A stretch of DNA of 64,000 nucleotides from a virus (Duplodnaviria > Caudoviricetes). The notes beneath the pieces are model-generated. The model made no database searches, was not told the origin of the DNA, and saw only the letters and a program-made list of their open reading frames with translations. Positions 37,792 through 45,140 of the stretch are shown piece after piece. The translations under genes and the position numbers were made by a program. Location of the stretch: positions 31,643 through 95,642 of the IMG/VR virus record IMGVR_UViG_3300013426_000028; one strand, written 5' to 3'. The number at the start of each line of letters is the position of its first letter. The first letter of the stretch is position 1.

Positions 37792-38094
37792 TTAATTAAT
37801 CTCTTGATATTTCATCAATAAATTAATTTTCTTTAATGAATCATTAATAAATGAAGCATAATCTTCATATAAAGATTCATCTTCGTATTCTTGCACATTT
37901 TTAAAGTATGTACTAAGAAGTCTGTGACTTTTATATTCAGATGAAACTTGAATAAAGTTTCTATCTTCTTTGATAAATATTCTTAGTCCTGGAAGTTTTT
38001 CACTTTCAAAGACAGTAGTGTATTCATCATTAAAACAAAAAGTTTTAACGTGAATAAATTTTATTTTATCTAAGAATAATATGAAATTCATCAT
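37792..38094 (-). CDS. Hypothetical protein
   Basis: RBS AAGGAGGTG. Confidence 0.7.
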   Translation of the reverse strand: MMNFILFLDKIKFIHVKTFCFNDEYTTVFESEKLPGLRIFIKEDRNFIQVSSEYKSHRLLSTYFKNVQEYEDESLYEDYASFINDSLKKINLLMKYQEIN

Positions 38095-38108
38095 TGTTAT
38101 TCACCTCC

Positions 38109-38747
38109 TTATTCTTCATCAAAACTATCATTCATTGATTGGAAGCATTCATCATCAATGCCTGTGATGAACAGTTCCCTTTCTTTTGCTGATAACTCAG
38201 GCAGAGCATCTTGGATATGTTCATATCCTGGTTCTGCAAAATACCATCTGAGCCAATTCTCAAATTGATCTTTGTTGATATCAACAGTGTGATATTCCTC
38301 ACATATAGGACATAATCTTCCTATTGTGAGAATACCTTTTTTGTAATTTTGGAGATGGATCTGGAAATCTCCAATAATTAATGGATCGAATCTATAACAA
38401 AAGACTCGTCCAATATATTCAATTACATTGATATTATTTTCAAATCTTTGAATATCATCAATGCAAATCATTGGAGTGAACTTGTAATTGACTCCTACAA
38501 AAAGATTGAACGAAGTAGCTTTTCCTTCTTCATCATATCCAAGTTCGATTTCAACAGGATATAAATCTGTTGTAAGAACATAAGAATTTTTCTTTTGACT
38601 TTTAATATTCATATTGCCGAATTTGACATTATAAATATCTCTCGTCTCTTCGTTGCGACATGAGTCCCAATCGGTTTCTTCAATTGAGACTTCTTTGGTT
38701 GCTAATAAAGCTTTAACCAAAGCTTCGATTAAAATAATGTTTTTCAT
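38109..38747 (-). CDS. Hypothetical protein with C-terminal CPIC...IQDALPELS..ERELFITG domain
   Basis: Common phage C-terminal motif; RBS. Confidence 0.75.
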   Translation of the reverse strand: MKNIILIEALVKALLATKEVSIEETDWDSCRNEETRDIYNVKFGNMNIKSQKKNSYVLTTDLYPVEIELGYDEEGKATSFNLFVGVNYKFTPMICIDDIQRFENNINVIEYIGRVFCYRFDPLIIGDFQIHLQNYKKGILTIGRLCPICEEYHTVDINKDQFENWLRWYFAEPGYEHIQDALPELSAKERELFITGIDDECFQSMNDSFDEE

Positions 38748-38755
38748 ATTTTGTT

Positions 38756-38863
38756 CCTCCGAGTTTTATAGACTTCACTGTCTAGTTATATCTTTTTATA
38801 CTAGTCAAATGTTTACTAAGCATTTAATATTAGTAAGCCTTTTAACGTCTTGCTCAGGACGTG
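38756..38863 (-). ncRNA. ~90-nt repeated leader, copy 2, preceded by post-stop pseudoknot A
   Basis: Repeat of 36836-36926 plus ACGTCCTGAGCAAGACGTTAAAAGGCTTA. Confidence 0.7.
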
Positions 38864-38866
38864 AAA

Positions 38867-39718
38867 TTATTCTTCAAGAATTTTTTGTAATTGAGAAATA
38901 ATTTCTTTTATATTTTCTGGTGATGTTTCTTCTGGTTTTTGATAACCATTACATTCTTCTTCATTCCATAAATGAAGAGTTTTTTGTCTTAACTCTTCTA
39001 TAAAATTTAATATCACTGGCATCTGAGCAATTTCTATTTCTGTTTCTGAGAAATAGAAATATTCATATTCTTCAACAGAAAAATCTATCCTAAAGGAATA
39101 TCTATTCCCTTCATAACTATATTGGCTGTGCTCGTCGGTTAATGTAATTTCGAATAATTCATCTCGGAGATTATCACTTCTAATTGTGGCGGTTAATGAT
39201 AATTCACCGTCATAATCGTGAACTCCAAGTTCACAATATTTTAATAAATTTAATTTTGTGAATTTTTCACAAAATTTATTTAATTTTGTTGTTTTTTTAA
39301 TGATTTGTTCATATCTTTTTTTGATTATAGAATTAAAGAAATTTGATATCTCTTTAATTGGAGGAAATTCCGCCTCCCAATCTTTTTGAAAAACTTTCCA
39401 GCTTGGTGCTGGTTGTTCTTCTGATCTTTCGTCGAAAATAGTGACATCGTTACTATCGACTTCTTCAAAATCGAATTCTTTGCCGTCTTTGTAGTCGGCT
39501 TCAATGGCAGGTCCAATTAATAAACCATTCATTGAGAAAGAATCGACTTTTCCTTTCCACATATGCATTGTTGTTAGGACATAATTATAATATCCTAAAA
39601 AGATAAAAAGGACTTCTCCATTATCTTTTTGAATATTTACATCCATTTCTATTTCAACTAATTTCCATTTTTTCAAATGTTTTAATTGAAATAATTGTGT
39701 TAATAATGTTTTTTCCAT
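38867..39718 (-). CDS. Acidic hypothetical protein
   Basis: 283-aa ORF. Confidence 0.75.
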   Translation of the reverse strand: MEKTLLTQLFQLKHLKKWKLVEIEMDVNIQKDNGEVLFIFLGYYNYVLTTMHMWKGKVDSFSMNGLLIGPAIEADYKDGKEFDFEEVDSNDVTIFDERSEEQPAPSWKVFQKDWEAEFPPIKEISNFFNSIIKKRYEQIIKKTTKLNKFCEKFTKLNLLKYCELGVHDYDGELSLTATIRSDNLRDELFEITLTDEHSQYSYEGNRYSFRIDFSVEEYEYFYFSETEIEIAQMPVILNFIEELRQKTLHLWNEEECNGYQKPEETSPENIKEIISQLQKILEE

Positions 39719-39733
39719 AATGTTACCCCCTGT

Positions 39734-39792
39734 AACCGATTCTTGATGTTATCTCCATCGCTTGTGTGGTTTTATTTATTTCACAAGATTTT
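39734..39792 (-). ncRNA. Two-hairpin leader motif, copy 1
   Basis: Covarying twin of 41895-41946. Confidence 0.65.
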
Positions 39793-39840
39793 ACGTTTTG
39801 AGTTTCAAGGATTACGTTAAACCTATGATGATTTTAATCA

Positions 39841-39905
39841 CCACCCCAACTCGAAAGAGTTGGACGCACTGAGCCTAATAGCTATTTAATGTCGCTCAGT
39901 CGACG
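39841..39905 (-). ncRNA. Pistol-like self-cleaving ribozyme
   Basis: GUCG-ACUGAG-CGAC-AUUAAAUAG-CUA-UUAGGCUCAGU-GCG-P3 hairpin-G(G)UGG; pseudoknot ACUGAGC/GCUCAGU; P2 short. Confidence 0.6.
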
Positions 39906-39932
39906 GAGCAGTTTAACGTCTTACTCAGGACA
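39905..39932 (-). ncRNA. Post-stop pseudoknot B
   Basis: UGUC-CUGAGUAA-GACG-UUAAAC-UGCUC. Confidence 0.6.
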
Positions 39933-39936
39933 TTTT

Positions 39937-39957
39937 TTATGTGAATATGTGTGTCAT
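39937..39957 (-). CDS. 6-codon minigene MTHIFT
   Basis: Perfect AAAGGAGGTGA SD; stop lies 5 nt before pseudoknot B. Confidence 0.55.
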   Translation of the reverse strand: MTHIFT

Positions 39958-40441
39958 AGTATTCACCTCCTTTCTTCCAACATTGACAGAAAGAATATAA
40001 ATCTGTATGTTGGATTATAATGTTCCATTTAGGTTAAAATAAAAAACCTTTCCTCTTTAAGCAGTTGCTATGACTACAACACTCTCTATAAAGAGGCTCG
40101 AATTTTTTAAAGAGTTAATTAATATACTCAGAAAGCATATCCTTTCTCTTGCAACTTTTTTCAGACTTTATTGCCTAATGTCTGGTTATTTTTTTGAAGT
40201 ATTACTTATTATATTAATAAGTATATTCTAATACTTCCGAGAATTTATAGCCTGGGTAAAGACTCCTCTTCTCATTGTTTATTTTTTTATACTGTGCTTA
40301 TACGATGCCACTAACGCTTTTATCACGTTTAAAATTAACAAGAAATATTATTCCTTACATCATACATAGGACCTTATCCAATGTACAATGCTTTTCTTTC
40401 GAAAAATAATCTTAATTGTAATAAAGGGGGATTCTCCCTTG

Positions 40442-40876
40442 TTATTTTATTTTTCTTAGGATTCTATCCAAGAAAGGATATTCTCCTTCTTTAAAGTAAT
40501 ATCTTGCTAATTTTTTAAGCAAGATATCACCTTCTCCCTTGAGGTGTGTCCATTTAATGGACTTAACTCCCTTAGTTGGAGTTGCTTCTCTGGGATTGTG
40601 GAAAGAAAATTGGGTTTTATTTCCTCCTAAGAAGTCTTCCTTCCATTCAAAATATCGAATGGTTGAAGGGTAACCATTTTGATCTGGCTCTTCCCTTTCA
40701 ACATAAGATATTGTTGAATGTTTGGAAGTTTTTAATAAAGCTAAAGCTTTTTTGTATAATCTTTCTTTAGCTTTATAAAAATCTTTTCGTTCATAATAAT
40801 CAGCATAATGTGCTGATGTATTAGCAGCTTGTGCTAATATAATGAAACGAATGATTTTAATGTCCTTATTAGACAT
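40442..40876 (-). CDS. Conserved phage hypothetical protein
   Basis: AQAANTSA...YKAKE...QFSFH. Confidence 0.75.
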   Translation of the reverse strand: MSNKDIKIIRFIILAQAANTSAHYADYYERKDFYKAKERLYKKALALLKTSKHSTISYVEREEPDQNGYPSTIRYFEWKEDFLGGNKTQFSFHNPREATPTKGVKSIKWTHLKGEGDILLKKLARYYFKEGEYPFLDRILRKIK

Positions 40877-41024
40877 TCTTTTCCTCCTTCCTTTTTAAAC
40901 ATAATCAGTATGTTTACCCTTCTATCTAATATAATTACATATAGATAGAAACATACTTTTTATGTTTTTATTACTTTTAGCCAGTTAACTGTTATGTCTT
41001 ACGTAAGTCATAACTTACCGAATG

Positions 41025-41074
41025 CTTGGGCTTGTGACCAAGACCGCCGCATTAATACTCTCGTACCACTCTGC
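41025..41074 (-). ncRNA. Twister ribozyme, P5-type permutation
   Basis: GCAGAGUG-GUAC(GAGA)GUAU-U^AAUGC-GGC-GGU-CUUGG-UCACAAGC-CCAAG; P1, P2, P4 and both pseudoknots (CAC/GUG, GC/GC) present. Confidence 0.88.
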
Positions 41075-41133
41075 GTGTTTTCTTTTAAATAGTGTTTTTA
41101 ACGTGGTTGGCGCTTCCACGGTCTATTGATAGA

Positions 41134-41310
41134 TTATTCTTTAATTAATGACCTATCAATTTTTATGACACGAACGTTTTTATGTTCGTTCCAGCGCAAG
41201 AACTTTGCTTCTTGTTCTGCGTCAGAACGTTTATAATAAACGTTCGCATCCATTTGTTCAACACCTGTACCACAAGTGTTAAACAAAATTATGTAAATGC
41301 TTTTTGACAT
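41134..41310 (-). CDS. 58-aa hypothetical protein (not in ORF track)
   Basis: AAAGGAG RBS; MSKSIYIILFNTCGTGVEQMDANVYYKRSDAEQEAKFLRW... Confidence 0.7.
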   Translation of the reverse strand: MSKSIYIILFNTCGTGVEQMDANVYYKRSDAEQEAKFLRWNEHKNVRVIKIDRSLIKE

Positions 41311-41340
41311 AATCTTTTTCTCCTTTCTTTATAATTAAAA

Positions 41341-41370
41341 AAGCCTTTTAACGTCATGCTTAGGACGTTA
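41341..41370 (-). ncRNA. Post-stop pseudoknot C
   Basis: UAACGUC-CUAAGCAU-GACGUUA-AAAG-GCUU. Confidence 0.6.
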
Positions 41371-41372
41371 TT

Positions 41373-41882
41373 TTATTTAACGTACGCCGTAAATGTGGCG
41401 TAATTTTTTGTTAAATAAAATTCTTTACGAAGATTATCTCCGTAATTAAATTTTATTTTAACATATTCTTCAAATTCTTCTAGGCTTAAAGGCCTATTGA
41501 ATGTGAAGAAATATTTGTCATAGTCAATGCCAGTTCTTCTGGCGTGCCAGTCAGAAAAACCGACTACCTTGTAGTTGTGTTTACAACGCAAGGCGTATTC
41601 GTCAGACCAGATAGAAATTACTGACCCGTCGATACACTTAACTCTAATGAACCCTGTTTTTGGGTCATTAAAGTCTATAATACCATCAAAACTGATGGTT
41701 AAAATGTCTTCGGTGTTTTTTGCACCAATGAAGACTAAACTGTCTTTTTCTCCACAGTGCTTTGTCACCTTGACAAAAAATTTTTTGTTTTTCTTAAAAA
41801 ATTTTGTGATGACTGGATGAGTGGAAATTAAACCACTTTCCAAAACGAATGTAGACATAATCATATTAATAGCATTTTCCAT
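41373..41882 (-). CDS. Hypothetical protein
   Basis: GGAGG RBS. Confidence 0.7.
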   Translation of the reverse strand: MENAINMIMSTFVLESGLISTHPVITKFFKKNKKFFVKVTKHCGEKDSLVFIGAKNTEDILTISFDGIIDFNDPKTGFIRVKCIDGSVISIWSDEYALRCKHNYKVVGFSDWHARRTGIDYDKYFFTFNRPLSLEEFEEYVKIKFNYGDNLRKEFYLTKNYATFTAYVK

Positions 41883-41894
41883 TGTTGTTCCTCC

Positions 41895-41946
41895 AACCAG
41901 TTCTTGACATTATCTCCACTGCCCGCCAGGAAAATGACGGGATTTT
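41895..41946 (-). ncRNA. Two-hairpin leader motif, copy 2
   Basis: Covarying twin of 39734-39792. Confidence 0.65.
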
Positions 41947-42149
41947 AAGTTTTGTTTTATGGGATAACTTTAAACCCATTAGCAAGAGTCACCTTGCTAT
42001 AGATGACAATTGCCATCTAAGAAAGTGTAATATACATTTTTTAGATATATTTTATGGGTATTACACTTCCCATCCGATCAGTGAGCCAACACGACATAAA
42101 AACCTCCTATAATCAACCCTTCAACTATTTTTCAGAGTATCCCCCCAAC

Positions 42150-42174
42150 AAAAAAAGAGTCCTCTCAGACTCTT
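42150..42174 (-). terminator. Intrinsic terminator of the RNAP operon
   Basis: AAGAGTC-TGAGAG-GACTCTT plus T tract on the - strand. Confidence 0.65.
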
Positions 42175-42196
42175 CAGTCCTACAAGACTCTCTCCC

Positions 42197-42709
42197 CTAC
42201 TCTTCTTCCAAATCAAACGGTTCTTCGCTAACCGCATCTTTAAAAGTATGAAGACGCGGTAAAGTCAAATAATTTTTCAAGATATATGCCACATCCTCAG
42301 GCTTGTACGAAATTGCAATAATAACGAAATTGTTAAACGATGGATCATCCTCAATAACGGTATTAAAATAAGTCATCCAAGCTTTGGAATAAGATAAAGG
42401 AATATAACCTTTAATATCAGAAATCGGAATATCAGGTTGGATACCCCTAAAAGAACACCAGGCCTCAAAATGGTCCTTACGAATTTCGTAAAGGTAGTGA
42501 GAAAGGGTATCAACGATATCTTCTACGGAAGAGCAGATACCGATTACTTGTTCGCTGCTAGCATCAGTAATCCAATATAACTCAATGCGAACATTGCGTT
42601 TGTTTTTAGGAAGTGAATGAAGACGACGTTTAGAAACTTGATATGGAGCATAAACAATATTATCCTCGTCTGGAATAAGAGGGCTTTCGATTTTTTTCAA
42701 TTTTTTCAT
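42197..42709 (-). CDS. Hypothetical protein
   Basis: AAGGAG RBS. Confidence 0.75.
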   Translation of the reverse strand: MKKLKKIESPLIPDEDNIVYAPYQVSKRRLHSLPKNKRNVRIELYWITDASSEQVIGICSSVEDIVDTLSHYLYEIRKDHFEAWCSFRGIQPDIPISDIKGYIPLSYSKAWMTYFNTVIEDDPSFNNFVIIAISYKPEDVAYILKNYLTLPRLHTFKDAVSEEPFDLEEE

Positions 42710-42850
42710 TTTTAAAATCTCCTTTTTTTAAGTATATAAATAAGACATATATATAATCACTCTAGAATCAATTTTAGTCGATTTTTTTGAAGTTGTTTCT
42801 TGTAATTTAGGAAACAAACTTAAAACTTTGATAAAATACCTGGCTAACGA

Positions 42851-43612
42851 TTAAAGTGTAATTTCTGTTTGAACGAATGAAGAAAGAACGGCGGGGTTAC
42901 AATCACCGATAATAATATTTTCGGAAGGGACGATAAGATGACCCTCGTGCCAAGGAAGACGGAAGCAAGCGATAGGACTGTTTGAACCAACGACTTGGAA
43001 ATCTAAGTGATAGGTATCGTGAAGTGTTTTAACTAAGCTTTCTTGAACGGAAGGTTTTTTTGTATCAAGCCCTGCTATGTAAAAGATGAACTTGCGGTCA
43101 TACTTAATCCAATGTGAATGATGAGGATTCATCGCGGCATAAACAGCGAACGAGGTAAGAAGGCGTCGAATATCTGAGGAGGTTTCTTTGTGCTCGTAAA
43201 AAGTGTTGTTTAGATTTTTAATGTCAAGAGGATTAATAAGAAGGACGCGTGAACGTGACTCTGCTACTTCGGCACGTTGGAACGCTGGGAAATAGAGAGT
43301 GGCAATACGCGAAGCCGCTTGACGTGAGAAACCTAACGAGGAGGTTAGGGCATCTTGAATTGCAAATAGCGATTCTGAAGGGGAGACAGAGCCTCCTTTG
43401 CTTTTGTAAATGTCATAGAGGAAGCGCCAGGTGTAAGGCTCAAGAGGCCCTACGAAAGTGACGCTTGGTTGTTGTTGCTGTTGCGAGGTGATGTTGTTTG
43501 TGTTATTTGTATTTGTGCTGTTATTATTACTATTATTGTTAGTACTATTATTATCTGTTGTCATAAAATTCTCAGTGGTGAAAACCATAGGCTTGCCTGT
43601 GGGAGAAACCAC
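42851..43612 (-). CDS. Hypothetical protein; ancestral start ATG 43564, with a 16-aa extension from element-derived GTG 43612
   Basis: Long ORF; the N/T/Q-rich linker begins at MTTDNN. Confidence 0.75.
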   Translation of the reverse strand: MVSPTGKPMVFTTENFMTTDNNSTNNNSNNNSTNTNNTNNITSQQQQQPSVTFVGPLEPYTWRFLYDIYKSKGGSVSPSESLFAIQDALTSSLGFSRQAASRIATLYFPAFQRAEVAESRSRVLLINPLDIKNLNNTFYEHKETSSDIRRLLTSFAVYAAMNPHHSHWIKYDRKFIFYIAGLDTKKPSVQESLVKTLHDTYHLDFQVVGSNSPIACFRLPWHEGHLIVPSENIIIGDCNPAVLSSFVQTEITL

Positions 43613-45123
43613 TTTAATCCTCCTTTTTTAACTCAATGAGTATATTTTTACGCATTTCCAACATTCTAAGTTTTTTATATCCTACGGATGCATTTACTCT
43701 AGTACCATCCAAAAGTCTTAAATCCATTCTTCCTGTAGTACGCCTACCGAAAATGAAGCAATCCTGTTGTTTCCAACGAACCCTGTCGTAAAGCCTAAAT
43801 CCCATTACTTCATAAGGCGCTTGATTTCGTTTCCGTATACCACCTTTTAGAATTGTATTCTTATGTATCTGACGATTATGACAACGTACTTTCTTTTGAT
43901 AGTACACATACTGGTCAGATACTGCTTTCGGATTACCACTGATGCACCTTGCATCTATATAATGGTCTTTTGGTAAATTGTTTTTAATGCGTGTGTTCTT
44001 TGTGATGTATCCATAAGTCAGACCGACATTTGGATACATCTCTTTTAATCTGTTGTAGAATGCCCAACGCATAATACCCATAAAAGCAGCATCTTTAAAA
44101 GGCATTCCTCTTTTAATGTTTTTAGGTAATTGAATAGTTCCATTATGATAACCGTTGTGACAGGTTTCACATAAGGTAATCAAATTATTTGGTGCATTAC
44201 CACCAGTTTTGCGGCTTTCAATATGATGAACATTCAAAATTTTATCTTTTGACTTGCCTTTACAGCATTGGCAGGTGTGTCCATCTCTGAATAAGACATA
44301 TTCTCGAACGTTCCAAAAATTCAACTGTTCACCTTCTTGATATTCTGTTCCACTAATCGTAGGGTTCTTAATTTTCTGGATATCAAAACTTGCAACTTCT
44401 ACAATTATTTGAGATACAGGTAAAATTTCATGCACTCTACTGATGACTGTCAAATGAGTATTTACTTTATTTTGCACAGAAGGTGCTAACCAACCATCTT
44501 TTCTCTTGCGATTGTCGAAACGTGGTTTTCTATACCTTGTTTTACGATTTCTACGGGTTCTACGATTTTGTCTACGAACAGACAATAAATTTACTATATC
44601 GTTTCGTAATTCTACATTCGATTCAAAAAGAACCTTATTTTTTGTAGTAGCGGAGATACCAACATGTTTACTGCCAGTATCCACACCTAAGTTAATATCT
44701 TGTGTATAGTTTGTGTTACTATACAAAAGTTGTATTGTAAACGGACATCTTTTAACTACCGTTGCCCTTTTAGATTTCAGCAGAATACGCACTTTAGCAT
44801 GGTTTTCCGTAGGCATTAAAGGCTGTCCGTTTGAGTTTAAAACATAAACCATAAACCTGTACTCCTTTCCAAATCCTAAATGGATTTAATTACTCACTCC
44901 GAAGAGTGGTCAGTGTACCATCGTCAATGTTAATAAGAGGTTTTTATATGTAACACTATTCCTATACCACAGAACTGTTTAATTACATACCTTAGAGCTA
45001 CAGACTTGGTACTACATCCGTAGATAACTATATATTCTCTAATAACGTAGCCTTTATTTCAAGGCTTAGACTACTCACTTAGGGTTGCGCAACCCCACGG
45101 GCTTACCCATGGGTATTAGTGAG
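43565..45123 (-). mobile_element. Non-autonomous IS200/IS605-family IscB (OMEGA) element, ~1559 bp
   Basis: Matching subterminal hairpins (CCATAGGCTTGCCTGTGG 43585-43602; CCCACGGGCTTACCCATGGG 45094-45113), omegaRNA plus iscB, ATGA flank, no tnpA. Confidence 0.85.
43614..44852 (-). CDS. iscB: RNA-guided endonuclease IscB
   Basis: PLMP motif, RuvC-I GVDTGS, Arg-rich bridge helix RRQNRRTRR, RuvC-II IVE, HNH (CQCC..VHHI..NLITLCETCH), RuvC-III HYIDA. Confidence 0.95.
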   Translation of the reverse strand: MVYVLNSNGQPLMPTENHAKVRILLKSKRATVVKRCPFTIQLLYSNTNYTQDINLGVDTGSKHVGISATTKNKVLFESNVELRNDIVNLLSVRRQNRRTRRNRKTRYRKPRFDNRKRKDGWLAPSVQNKVNTHLTVISRVHEILPVSQIIVEVASFDIQKIKNPTISGTEYQEGEQLNFWNVREYVLFRDGHTCQCCKGKSKDKILNVHHIESRKTGGNAPNNLITLCETCHNGYHNGTIQLPKNIKRGMPFKDAAFMGIMRWAFYNRLKEMYPNVGLTYGYITKNTRIKNNLPKDHYIDARCISGNPKAVSDQYVYYQKKVRCHNRQIHKNTILKGGIRKRNQAPYEVMGFRLYDRVRWKQQDCFIFGRRTTGRMDLRLLDGTRVNASVGYKKLRMLEMRKNILIELKKED

Positions 45124-45140
45124 TTTGAGAAGAACCTCCT
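44853..45140 (-). ncRNA. omegaRNA (HEARO-like) scaffold with 5' guide
   Basis: CTCACT/AGTGAG first stem, TAGTCTAAG, CTACGTT, GGATG..CCAAGTC..CTCT, TTAAACAG, AACATTGACGA directly upstream of iscB. Confidence 0.88.

Noticed and set aside
38834-41375. Stop-codon readthrough fusing adjacent genes via the pseudoknots
   Set aside because: In copies A and C the readthrough frame hits another stop and is not in frame with the next gene
42042-42097. Short ORF beginning MSCWLTDRMGSV with RBS on the - strand
   Set aside because: Plausible leader peptide, but no support beyond the RBS
43614-44852. Cas9
   Set aside because: 412 aa with a PLMP N-terminus, no REC lobe and no array; this is IscB
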